Part shown: piece after piece, positions 24,612-37,279 of the stretch
Layout of the letters: each line of letters begins with the position of its first letter
Position numbering within the stretch: position 1 is the stretch's first letter
DNA from: the human T2T-CHM13v2.0 reference genome, Homo sapiens
Length of the DNA: 64,000 nt
Direction: 5' to 3' (one strand)
Assembly (NCBI RefSeq): GCF_009914755.1
Contig: NC_060937.1
Translations under genes and position numbers: made by a program
Notes under the pieces: model-generated
What the model was told of the DNA's origin: nothing
The model's input: the letters and a program-made list of their open reading frames with translations, nothing else
The model's database searches: none

Positions 24612-26484
24612 TACTTACATTATTTCTATCTAATACAATGTTGAGCTCTTGCTGGAGGGAAAAAAAAATGATTCCATTTTGGAAGTTACTATGGAGGAGG
24701 AAGTTAAAGAAAAATAGCTTTCTAATTCATCTCATTGTGAAAACATAATTCCTTTATTAGTTGAATGTCTTCCTTTCTCTCCCCTGTGAATGGGAACATG
24801 TATGAATTTGAAATTATGTTCTACATTCTCCTCCACAGTTGGAAAAGGAGGGAAAGACAGACACACCCCTGGACTCAGAGGGTTCTGCCTGCCTCACCAA
24901 GGTCTGGAAGGGTCACTTTCTGCCTTCTTTCCCTTCCATTCTTTCTTCAAATAATTGTCCATGAAACTATATGCAGTTGGAGCCTGATGGTCTTCCCCTT
25001 ACCACCTCCCCAAGTGAAAATGGTTTCCTTGTTGAATTTGTGAGAAGCCTTTCCCCAAGTCTCTTGCTTTGCTTGAATCCCAGAGCTTAGATTTCCGAGA
25101 AAATAAACTATGCAGTAGGAATAGGATTGGTGTGGCTCCTGGGACGGGGCTACACAGACAACTTATATCTCAAACTCTGGAAGACGATCATTGTAAACCC
25201 TTGAATGTGGCAGGGGCATGGCAGGTCACTGTGAGATTAGCTTCTGTTAAACTGAGGGCTTGAAAATCTGTGTTTCTCACCTAATGAGTTTTAAAAGGAA
25301 TTTCGTTATTTGCCATAAATGTCAGTGTGATCAGATGATGCTATGAACTTTTAAAAACGTTCACAAAATGGGAAGAACTATAAGAAGTAAACCATTTATG
25401 AGTCATAAATAAGGAAACATAAATGAAGTATTAGGCAAAGTTGTAGGTTTCACAGCCCAGTAATGATAACGGGAAACTGGCCAGCACATTCCCCACCTCT
25501 TTTGGGAGAATGTGCTTTGCCATGCCTGGAATTCTTTTTAAAATGTGCAGGCAAACATTCGAAGAATTTAGGGGTTATTTTTATTTTTGCCAAAATGCTA
25601 CTTTTACTTCAAAAAAGAAAAGAAAAAAAAAACTCCAAAAACTTGTTCCAAAAGCAACACGGACTTTTACAGAACTCATCCATTTCTACTTAAAAAATGA
25701 TATTTTAATTAAGTAAAGATATACATACATTAATTAAATTTAGGGTTTATATCATTTTAAAAATCCGTATTGTACTTTAGAAAAATTGAATGGAAATTGC
25801 ATTAAATTTAATTGACATTAAATTTAATTAAAGTCAATTGACTGAAATAAATGTTTGCTGTTCAAAATAAATTTCATAATTCACCCATTGCATAGAATGT
25901 TGCAACACCACTTGTCAGTTGCCATGTGGCTGGTGCCCAACTCAGGTGAGGACTGCCTGGCCTCTGAGATCAACCTTGATTCTGGCTTTTCTTTTGAAGA
26001 AAGGAAAATAGTAGGAAAGGTACCGAAGACAGGAAATTTCAGGTATCAGATATCAAGCAGCCCACATGAGCTCACATAACAATTCTCCCTATGAAAAGCA
26101 ATTATATTTTCTGAGATTTCTTTTTTAAAAATTCCTACCAATACCTAATGTTGGAGTCTAATATGACTTAAGCTTCACTTGCCTCTATTTATATATCTCT
26201 AGATATCAACATGTGTTACTTGCCCTTTTTTCAGTTTTCTACAATGACTTTTGCATACTTTCTTAAACCACATTACTGAATATTATTTTCAACTTAGCTG
26301 TAGAGCAAGCAATAGTCAACCAATCATCAACTGTTTATTTGTCTGCCAAATGTCCACCACTTTTGTGCCACAGAACTAGAAATTAGGAAAACACAATCAA
26401 GTCAAGCTTTTAGAGAAAAACGTGGCTTGAGCTGCATATGACTGGAAGTGAAAAGACAAAAGGAAAAGGGGGTGATCGTGAGGT

Positions 26485-26630
26485 GCTGTGCATGACTTTT
26501 AGCATACTACAAACATTAGCTCATTTAATCTGTCATAAAAGGAAAACATTGCTGTATCGGTTTTCCAATTGAAGACTTGAGGACCAGAATGATTAAATCA
26601 CTGTCAAGTCCTTCATTGCAAATCCTAAAT
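26485..26630 (-). mobile_element. MIR fragment
   Basis: cattagctcatttaatc...ttttccaattgaagacttgagg...gattaaatcactg. Confidence 0.55.
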
Positions 26631-26639
26631 TCCAGATTC

Positions 26640-27170
26640 TCATCGTCTAGAACGTTATTTATCTCAATAGCCTTCTAACAATCTGTCAGTTCAATAGAGT
26701 AACCATTTCTTAGCACTTCATACAAAGTCCTTCATCTGATTCTGTCTGGTGATCTGTAATCCCCACTGTCATTCTTGCACGCATACTGTCATTCCAAACA
26801 GATCTCACAAATATGTAGTCACAAATATGCTTGTCTTCCTTACGTGTGTGATTCCTGCTGCTCTTAATGGACTTCACTGCATCGTAAACAATGCTCAGGA
26901 TTTTTCTAAAAACGTTTCTCCTTTATGAAGCCACTTTCTCCCTTGCACATCCAGCACAGATGTGTGCTTTCTCAACTGTTTCCACCTCCATCGCCAGTAT
27001 CTGCCACGTCGAATCATAATCACTTCGTCTCTCCTAGGAGTGAGAGTGCCTCCCTTGAAGGCAATTTCTTCATTATATTCACCTTAATGTCCCTTGTGCC
27101 AAAGACAGCATCTGATTAGCATCTGGTACATGGTAGATACTCAGGAAATATTTAGTATAATAGTGAATGA
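26640..27170 (+). mobile_element. L2 3' region
   Basis: caatagccttctaac...ctcccttgaaggca...ctggtacatggtagatactcaggaaatattt...gaatga. Confidence 0.6.
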
Positions 27171-29224
27171 TCAAGGCATGAGCTAAGATAATTTTTAAAT
27201 GATTTAAGCAAGACTAAATTAGAAGAGGAAACTGAGATTTCAAACATGAACAATTTAGTCTGTGCTCTAGGAGGATCAAACATAAAAACAGCTTTTGGTT
27301 TTGTCTTTTTCTCGTACTCATTAAGCAGGAAGTAACTGAAAATAGTCATGAATTCTTATATTTTTCCTAAAATCTTCTCCAAAGCTGACCAAAGGGGAAC
27401 CTGAATGGTGTCTCTCAAGTGTGGAGACTTATATAAACTCTGTCCATATTTTTCACGTTCAATGAGAATTCTGTACATATTTAATATGCAGTGGCTTTGA
27501 TGTACAGTGGGGGTAAGCTAAAGTCTTTTAAGTGGAGAAAATGACGAACATTTCTCTTTCACTTACTTAGATACAACTGTTGCAATAAATGACTTGGAGC
27601 CTCCTCATGCTGTGAAGTCTTAAAATTCCCTGCTCCCCACTCTAAGCATTTACACAGGTTTCATGGACTTAATGAAATTTTTTTAGGAGAAGCTTTGCTA
27701 GGTTTTCATCACAAGATGTTAGTTTTTTTTGATGTTGTGTGCCTGTATGAAGACTGGATTTATGTGCCTAGTAGGAAATTAAACAAGACATTCACCACTT
27801 TTGAGTTTCTCGGAACCACAGTTTGGTGCCTACGTTGCTCACATTTTTAAATGAGTTACATTCCCAACTGCTGAAAAGTGAGGAGTTCCCTGAGGACAAG
27901 AGGGGGAAATTGCAAGTTTCTTCATGAGCTCCCCAGGGATGATTTCCTTTACTATGGTCAGCCTGGAATAAACTGATCACAGAAAATAAGCTATTTCATT
28001 TTGTATATGGGTATTTTCACCCATTTCCCTGGGAGTCTTACCAATCTGGATAAGTCTCCTCTCTGGCAAGGTTAGCCAGGGACCAAAGAATCCAGATGCT
28101 GCTAAGAGGCTGCTAACTTTCTCTTAAGTCAAGGACCAATGCAGAAACTCCAGTTAGTTTTTCCTTAGGATCTCCTAGGCAGTCGTTTCTCATTTGCAAG
28201 CATGAATTAGAAGAAAGTCCTATTAAAGGGTAATCAACTCCACTGTACACTACTGTGTCTATGACATAGCATTCAGAATATATGGACAACAATCAAATCC
28301 TAGTCATTTCCAGTCTCATAATTCCTCACAGTCTCTCCCTGATACTTTTCTGCTGCTAATTCTAGTAGAGAATTAATGATATTTCCTGAAGATTAATCCT
28401 TCCCTTCTGAGTGTCATGGACCCTACAGCACCTTCTCATTTTTGTCATCTACTCAGCATAAAACATGCAGTCAGTATTTTGTTGCAATAATTTTCCTCCA
28501 GCCACTCCCTTTCCTGATTATTTGTGAAAATCCATAGCTCCACAGTATTTTTATTTTAGCATGGGAAGCTCAGAGAGTTTCTCCTGAATGGATCAATGTA
28601 TCTGACTCCTAAACAGACAGGCATTAGCATTAGAACAAAATTATGAGTATTAGAACAAAATTATCCCTAACACACTTGAAGACCCTAACTAGTTAATCTC
28701 ATATGACATAATTCAGTCCGTAGAACCAGGTTTGAGCCTGTTTATGTCTCTCCCTGAGGCCCCCAGGGTGAAAACCTGTCTCTTCAGAGCTCAGCCTCTA
28801 CACTGGGTAACAGGGTGACAGTCCTCCAGGTCTAGATAACACATCTCTTTATCCAGAGTTTGGCACCATACCCAGAAAGCCTTCCATTTACTATCCAGAC
28901 ATTCTGGAAGAGATTCTCAAAATAACTATGTCTCATGGTCAATGTCAATTAAGGGTGAAATCTGTCCAGACTACTCTTACCGAAGAATTCCTTCAGAGCA
29001 GACACACGGTGAAGATAAGACCACTGATCCCACTCTACCCTCCAGCCAGGCAGGGCTCATTTCTAAGCCAGCTCTCAGTCCAAGCATTGGCAGGCCTTCA
29101 TTTTGCAGAGGACAATTATTCTTGCAGGAGAATAACTCATCTCATTTTTTAAAATTTATTTTATTATTCTTTTATTAAATGTTCACCCTTTTAAAATACT
29201 TCATGTATCTCTAAATTGTATTCA

Positions 29225-29312
29225 TTTAGACAAAGTCCTTGAAGACAAAGGCCTTGTCCTCTGTGTCCTGCCTGCAGTGCCCAGCACCACGGCAAATTGT
29301 AATATGGATTGA
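29225..29312 (+). mobile_element. L2 3' end fragment
   Basis: agtccttgaagacaaaggccttgtcctc...cagtgcccagcac. Confidence 0.5.
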
Positions 29313-29810
29313 TGGCAATGATATTCTCCTCAGGTAGAATTGAGACTGTTTTCAGGGTTTGTTTCTTAGAAGAATTTTTTTTTTACAAACAATATATCAT
29401 TCCTATGTTTAAAATAAACATTTCCAGGCCAACAGTGACAATCACAATTTCCATATCACTGTCAAACAACATTTATGTATATGCATTGCTTATTTTTCTC
29501 ATAATTTACATCTGAATTACTAGAGGTTATTTTTGAGGCGGTAAAACATAAGTCTGTATGTACCCAAACTTGATGCCTATCGTTAATATTTAGTGATACT
29601 CTTTGAAAAGTTTCCAAGTTTGCATCGTGTTGTAATTAGGCTCAAGTTTAATCCCAGAATAACTTTCTGTTCACAGCAGAAGCAGAAAATGTCTCCTCTT
29701 TTATAGACTGACATCTGGGTTCACCAAAGGTTCCATCTGTAATCAAATATGCCTTCTCCCCAGTTCTGCCCCAGGAATCCATGCCTAGGTGACTGCGTGT
29801 GGAGTTTATA

Positions 29811-30260
29811 ATATTAGTTTTCTGTAACTGCTGTAACAAATCAGTACAGACTTGGTGGCTTAAAACATGGACCAGAAAACTATCTTTTCTCAGTTTGGAG
29901 ACTAGAAGTCCACAATCAGTGCCTCTGGGCTGACATAAAAGTACCCATAGGATGGCACGCCTTCCGGAGGCTCTCAGGGAGAATCCGTTCCTTGCCTCTT
30001 CCAGCTCTTGACAGCTGCTGGCAGGCTCTACCTCCTCTTCACATTGCCTCTTCTGTGTGTCAAGTGCCCCTCTGCCTCTCTCTTCTAAGGAGGCTAGAGA
30101 ATAGCATTCATGCCCACCTGCATAATCCAAGATCATCTTCCTGTTTTAAGATCTTAACTTCATTACATTTGCAAAGACCATTTTTCCAAAGACAGTAACA
30201 TTTACAGGCTCAAGGGATCAGGAACAGAAAACCTTGTGGAACATCACTCAACCTACCACA
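29811..30260 (-). mobile_element. MLT1E-type LTR (MLT1C-E group)
   Basis: tattagttttctgtaactgctgtaacaaat...cttggtggcttaaaaca...ccggaggctctcagggagaatccgttccttgcctcttccagc...caacctaccaca. Confidence 0.85.
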
Positions 30261-31137
30261 GAGGGACAAAAAAAGAGTAAAAACTGAAAGAGGTGACTTA
30301 CAACAATATCCTTGGGACATTGCAACATTGGCTGCATTAGTGACAGATGTGTTTGTAATAATAGGAGACAATGCCTGTGATTTGAGCAGCAACCTTTCTG
30401 GCATTGGCAGGAGATATCTGGATATCAAACAAGAGAAGACTCAGAACAACTCTTAGCTGGCATCAGCAACTCCATCTGGACAGCAGCAGCCATTATCAGA
30501 CTGGGCATTGGCAATTGTACCTCTTTTATCGGGCAGTGGTGAAGGCATAATTGGCAGATATTAGTGGCCTAGCTTCTGATTCTGACTTCAAAATCAAAAG
30601 CAGACATTACAATGATGATTCAGAGATAACGATGAAAAATGATAAATTCAAAGTAGAAAATGAAAGGGGTAACTTTAAGAGTACTAAAGAGACCTTCTGC
30701 AGTCACATGCCCTGAAGATGTTCCCAAATCATTTGAAAAGGTTTTGCAGAAACCTAGAATTCCAGCAGAACAGAGAGAAGAGCCCCCAAACCACTCTTTG
30801 ATGCCATGTTTACCCCACAGGCTGGTTCACATTGAGAAATACAAGTTACATAACGACCGTCCTGCTCCTTGGTTTTCATATAGTTCATTTTCAACTCTCC
30901 ATGGAACCTCGTTGTTAGGATTTCTTTGTGGACCATTCATATCCATGAGGTCTTTAGAATAAATAACTTAGATGAATTCGCTGTGCTGTCATGCTTAGAA
31001 TCGGAATGTTCCCCCATGAGCAACCCATTGGCCTGGGGCCCACAACCCTACATGAGAGGATGTTTTAGATCTATTCAATTTTCACAGAAGGAATTTTGAG
31101 AGAATGCTCCATGCACTGTCAGTCTGTCACTCCATTC

Positions 31138-31248
31138 AGCTGGTGTTCTCATGACAGTGTGCTGCGGATGGCGTGCCTGCCCTCAGATGTGAGCTGGTTT
31201 CTCATGACAGTGTGCTGCGGATGGCGTGCCTGCCCTCAGATGTGAGCT
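31138..31248. repeat. 53-54 bp tandem duplication (2 copies)
   Basis: agctggt(g)ttctcatgacagtgtgctgcggatggcgtgcctgccctcagatgtg occurs twice, differing by one G, and is followed by agct. Confidence 0.97.
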
Positions 31249-34200
31249 TCTGCAAGTTAGAGGTTCTATCCTTTCTTACTCATCCCAGATATCCATGACT
31301 CTGATCATTGACAGAGTACCCCTCGTAACTTAGTCATTAATTCTGTATTCTTGAAGAGTTTATATACGCTCTGTAATAAAAGGTTATTTCTTCTTTACAT
31401 TTTAAGGCCTTTCATATGGCATGATATCCTCTGACAAAAAGAAATCCAATCCAAGGGTAAGATCATTGCATTTAAGTTTTGTCCACAGTGCCTTGCATAT
31501 CTAAGGTGCTCAATAAGGATTTTTGAAATAAGCAATTGGATATATATATAGTTATGCATATTACCAATAAATAGGTAAGGCTCTGGAATCAGAAAACCTT
31601 AAATTCAGTTTTTAGTGCCTCCCAAGATAGAAATATTTGACACCTTGAGCAAAATTTTAGAAAAGTTTTCTCTCAACCCTCACCACAACTAATCTTAGAT
31701 AATAACATAAACTTCCTTTACATAAATTGCTAAACTCTTCTTTGTAAATCTTATTTTCTTAATGGAGAAATGCCTCTCTATTTTATTTTATTTTTTTCTC
31801 ACTGGAACTGATGCCAAGAGAAACAGATCAAATGTGACTGGTCAGGAATGAAGCAGGGTAGCCAAGCGTAGAATACTAAAACCAAGTCGAGAACTAATTT
31901 GGAGAGGTATGGCAAGGGGCCAGCTACTCAAAGAAGAGAAATAAAAGTATAAGTGAGCTAATGTGAAAGGCAGAACTCAGGTCAAGATTAATAAAAGAGA
32001 ACAATACAGTTGGGATCACTGTGGGACTGAGATTTGAAGTTAAGGAATTCTAGTGTCAAGACTTTAACTGACATTTGGGTGTCTCATCTTCACCAAAGAA
32101 GCAGGACTGCCTTGATAAGTACAGTATTCCTGGTTTTAAAATGTAGGTACTCACAGCCAGCTGGTGGTATTACCCACTTCCTGCTTATGTATGACTGCAT
32201 ACTTTGACAGCAATAAATGTAAGCTTTACTACTGACATTTAGCAAAGAGGACCAACTGACGACATTTTCTCGAGAGGATGTTGAATCCATAGAAAAACAC
32301 ATCCAATCATTTCACTTTCATCCTATAATTTTATAGAAGATAGATAGATAGATAAGCTGAATGAAATCAAATGTTTTGGTCCCCCCACTGCCTGAAAAGC
32401 CAGGATGTCAAGGTCTTGTGTGCTCCTGTGGGAGGAATTTGGGTTAATGATGTAAGAAATGGAGTGATGTCCTTTCAGTCCCTGTATCATGTGTCCCCTC
32501 AAAACCAAACAACTGACTTTTGTGGAAGAGCCTCCAAGAAGCCACAGGCTTATGTCTATAAAGTACAACATGTCTCTAAAGGGTGTCCTAAGGTTCTCAG
32601 TAGAAAGAGTTATTTGGCTTTCAAGCTTGTAGGGACAACTAGGCTGAATGTTGCTGTTGCTTAAAGAATAATACAGAAATGTAGACAGAGAGCTGATGAT
32701 TCTGGAATTTCTACAGGTAATAATCCATTGGGTTTCAAAAGAGAGTAGCTGAAAGACATGTTGTAACATAGAAGGTCTTAACACATACGAAGATAAGAAA
32801 CGCATATGGCATGTGGCAAAATGCAAATTCCACATGCAAATTATGCTATAAAACTCACAGCCTTCCTAGGGGTCTATTGTAGTGAAGAAAAGGAGTATGA
32901 TGTTATTTGTCCTATAACTCTTGATGTGGGCAAGCCATATTCACTTGGTTGGGTTAAATTTTAGCAGCTATGATATACAGTAAATCTCTTGGTTTATTTC
33001 GAAAGAGTATTATGTTAATAAATACAATAGTAAATGCTTTGAATTCTTTAGAAAAAAGGACATACTTAACTAAATTCAAGTTAATAATAATACTTGTTAC
33101 AAAACAGAATGCCCTGAATTGAGTATATAGTTCCTGATCTCAGAGACTTAAACACTAGTGTGGCATGACGTAGTCACTTGCCTACCCATTTATATAGTAC
33201 TTTCTAGTGGAAAACAGAAACCCTTAATGTATGTATTTTATATTTCTACAAAATTATTCAATCCCAGAATTTACCTGTAAGTTAGGCAGAACATTGCAAG
33301 CAGAAGCTTCATTTTGCCTCAAGGAAACAAGTTTGGTGAGGATTGAAGAACCAGATTTTATTAGCATCACCACATGAAATTTTATATTTTGTTTGTGCTA
33401 TAGATAGATAAATAATTATTTTAAAGCATCATGATCTATTTTCTCAATGAAATTCCTATGGACATAAATAAAGGTTCTTCTTAAATATTTTAATTTTGTA
33501 AAGATACATGCTGTTATATATTTGCATACAAATTACATGCCATATTATTTATGCTTTGAAACTACTCACATTACCTTAAGAAACCCTTTTCTTCAAAATA
33601 TTTACACTTGACCATTGTTTCAAAATGGCCATGATATTAGCATGTTCAATTAAAATCACAGTTGTCTGTTAGTTGTTGTTTTTACAACAGCTAGGTTTGA
33701 ATTTGAAGCCACTCAGTACCAGCAAAACTGACATAGCTTTCTACAGTGCACATATTATATTTCCTACAGAGCAACTTGGACTGCCACGGCCATTCAACAT
33801 GAAATATACCAAGATTAAGGCAGCCAAGCATACCAGCAGAGGGTCATGGCAGGGTGTTAAGTGGAATCCCCAGCTATGCAAAGCAATCAGGCACCAAGCC
33901 AGGGAATTCCTTATAGTCCACCTGTGGGGCACACATCACCCTAATGGATGGAAAATTAATGTGTTTTTAATTCCAGTATTCTTTAATGTCTGCAGATATC
34001 ATTTTGCCCAGTCTGGAAAGCTAGGAAGTCACAGGAAAAACAAAAACAAAAAAACTCGTGAATTAGCAGCTGACTATAGGCTTGATCAATTGTACTTCTG
34101 CCCTGACATTGAGTAATGATTTGAGATAAGACACCATACATTTTTCACGTACTCTACAATAAAGTAGAATCAAATTACTTGCTTTATGTGTTTAATTGCT

Positions 34201-34444
34201 ATAGGTTTTCTGTGGCCAAAATTTAGACTATTGAACTTAGTTGATTTCTCTTCAAGAACTCAAGTCTTTTCCACTTAGCTTGGCACCCAAGACTTTCCAC
34301 CAACCTGGTCTCTCTATATTGACTTTCCACTACAACGCCAAGTGGACTTGAACTTCCTGGAAAAGCATGTCCTTGTGCAAAGTCCTCCTTTATTCAAAAA
34401 GCTTTCATCAGCCCAGGATGGCTTTCTATCTCTCCCTAACAAAT

Positions 34445-34880
34445 CTTAATTCAATTAGACACACATGTATTGATCCTCAGACCCATTACGGGCTGTGACT
34501 CATAGGTAATACACATTTGTGTTTGTAAATAAATGATGAAATGGTCATGTACAAATGTTTTCTTAAGTGCTGTGGGACATAGATACAAAGATATGATCTT
34601 TAACCTTAAGGAAATCAAAAGCTAGATAGGGAGACAATAGTGTAAACAGCCAACCATTAAAAACACATAAAATAAGTTTCATAAAGATGAAGGTGACACA
34701 GGAGTCCAGACTAAAAAGTATGAGTATGAGTTCAGGAAAGGCTTTCTAAGAAGGTATTATTTAACTTCTGGGCATTCATATTTAAGTATAGGAAAAGTCA
34801 TGTCAGTATTCAGGAAAAATCTGAGTCATGCTTGATGGTATGAAAGTGTGAGGCATGTATTGAGAATGTTCAAGGGTCGG
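34445..34880 (-). mobile_element. L2 (L2c-like) fragment
   Basis: aagatatgatctttaaccttaaggaaatcaaaagctagatagggagacaa...gttcaggaaaggctttctaagaagg. Confidence 0.55.
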
Positions 34881-35004
34881 TTGACTGCCACTCCTTCCTC
34901 CAAGCTCATAGCAAATCCCACTTCAGCACGGAACTGTTCTTAAAGTCCACACTTACCGCTCTTGCTCCCTCATTCCCCATGTGCCTTGTTTATTTAGAGG
35001 TAGA

Positions 35005-35387
35005 TATATTGGTCAGGTCAGGCAAGCTAAGCTTCAGTAACACATCAACCCTTACATTTCAGTGGCTTCACCCAGTGAAGATTTGTTTCTCACTTAGGCT
35101 CCAAGGGTATCTTAGGCTGGCAGGAGATCAGCTGCACATCATCTTCACTGACTCTCAAGGGCATTGTGGTGTCCTCTCACAGGTCCTCTGTATTTACCCA
35201 GCTGCAAACAAAAAGAGGATGAAGGGAAGAAGCTTGGAAGTGATGACCTCGCTTCTCCCCAAGCTTTATGACTGCAACTAGCCACGCAGCCCCTGGAGAT
35301 GTACAGGGCCTGGGAAAGGGAGTATTCCTATGGACATAGGAAGAACCTGGAAACATTTTATGAACATACAATATTTTGTCTGCCATA
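35005..35387 (-). mobile_element. Old MaLR LTR (MLT1J/K/L-like)
   Basis: tattggtcagg...cagtaaca...tcagtggctt...gatttgtttctcact...ttggaagtga...gtctgccata. Confidence 0.65.
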
Positions 35388-35967
35388 TCCAGTAAATACT
35401 TAATTAACAGGGAACTAGTGACATACCCAGCATATTTGACACCAACGTAGATCACTCCTTAACACCTCTTGCTCAATATCTCATAATTTCAGTAGTCATC
35501 AAGACGTAATTTATATTATAAAATAATGGTCATCAAAGAAATACAGTAAGTGTTTTTTTATAATATTCCATATAGATGTTATTAATTATACATTAAAAAT
35601 AGCAAATGTATTTTATTTAATTATAGTACAAAAAAGGGAAAAAAGCCACAGCTATTATTTTAATAGTTTTTTTATCTTCCTAATAGGTTGAAGTTTGATT
35701 ATTTGGATAAAGTAATAATACGTAATACTCTTGGGCAAATAATTACCCCGTAACTAGTAAATGGATTTAAATAAAACTAAGACATCAGCAAAGGGTACAA
35801 TTTTGACAGCTGCTAAATCACATGATGAATGAAGCCTTTCATTTTCTTAACTGATTCTTTAGTTTCAAAATGAAATAATAATAATTTAAAAAGGAAACAT
35901 TTCGCTGCACAAGATACCCAATTTTATGAAAATATTTCAGGCATGAACTAAAATTTGTACTTTCCAA

Positions 35968-36347
35968 CATGTGCACCATGGAATACTATGCAACCATAAA
36001 AAAGAATGAGATCATGTCCTTTCAAGGACATGGGTGAAGCTGGAACCCATCGTCCTCAGCAAACTAACACAGAAACAGAAAACCAAACACCGCATGCTCT
36101 CACTCATAAGTGAGAGTAGAACAATGAGGACACATGGACACAGGGAGGGGAATATCACGCACTGTGGCCTGTTAGGGGATGGGAGGCAACGGGAGGGAGA
36201 GCATTAGGAGAAATACCTAATGAATGCGGGGCTTAAAACATAGATGACGGGTTGATACGTAAAGCAAACCACCATGCATATGTATACCTCTATAACAATC
36301 CTGCACATGTATCCCAGAACTTAAAGTAAAATAAAAATAAAAATAAT
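35968..36347 (+). mobile_element. 5'-truncated L1PA (L1PA8A-11-like) 3' end
   Basis: caccatggaatactatgc...gcggggcttaaaacatagatgacgggttga...cccagaacttaaagtaaaa plus tail. TSD aaaattt(t)gtactttccaa at 35950-35967 and 36348-36366. Confidence 0.92.
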
Positions 36348-37279
36348 AAAATTTTGTACTTTCCAAACAAAAATATTTTAGAAAGTACCTTGCATTATGC
36401 ATTCTGTTTCACCATAAGCTTTAAAAACACATATAAAAACTGAGTGGTTGCATAGAATAGAAGAACTGAAGCAACTCAAGTCCTATTTTTTTAGCCATTA
36501 TAGTCATTGTGCTAGCATTGTTTATTTCAAATATATCATATAAATGTAGAAATCCGTAGTGCTATTTGGAGACTTCAACTGTGCCCAATTTCAAACTATT
36601 ATGAACTACTCTCCTAAAACACAAGCACATAGCTGAGTCCCGTCGAGACAGGAACTACGCAATAGTGAATTCTCTAAATTAATTTTCAAGTAAGAAACAG
36701 GTTTTATTAAAGCATAATGAGTAATTCTTCTAATTTAAAGGATACACTTGTAGTATAAAAACTCAACTCTGATTATAGTAAGTTTAGAACTGAAACCAAA
36801 AGTTCTCTCCCTTCCCCTAGAGGAGTATTTAAATCATTGGCACTGTTTAAAATTGCCAGGCAATGGTAATAATAAAAAGCGGATCAACTTTTAGTTGGTT
36901 TTATCACTAGCTTGAAATTTTCTACAGACAATTACTGCTTCTAAATTCTCTGAAGTCTCTGGGTTGTATTGCTCCCACCGCCTTGCCTCTGGAACCTCAC
37001 TGCTTTTCACTGTGGCAGTGACCTTACCTAGCTAGACTGGAAATCCAATATGATGTCAAGGGGTTATTCTTTTACTTGTTTTGAATCTGGAAGAAAAAAA
37101 ATCCAAGGCATCAAGTACAAGTCCAAAGAAAATAATTAATTCCAGCTGCGTGTGAATATGTGTACCGTGTGGTTGTGGTCAGATCCAATCTCTAGCAGTC
37201 AATGGACAGAAATGACTGTCCAGAAAAACAAATATTCAAAGGACACTAATCGATGTAGCTGTTTAAAAAGCCAATTTAC

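Noticed and set aside
29648-30198. 162 aa and 68 aa ORFs
   Set aside because: They lie mostly within the MLT1E-type LTR.
32323-32835. 170 aa minus ORF overlapping a 97 aa plus ORF in apparently unique DNA
   Set aside because: No recognisable domain, splice context or retrocopy hallmarks. A few ORFs of this size are expected by chance in 64 kb. A tblastn or PhyloCSF hit would change this.
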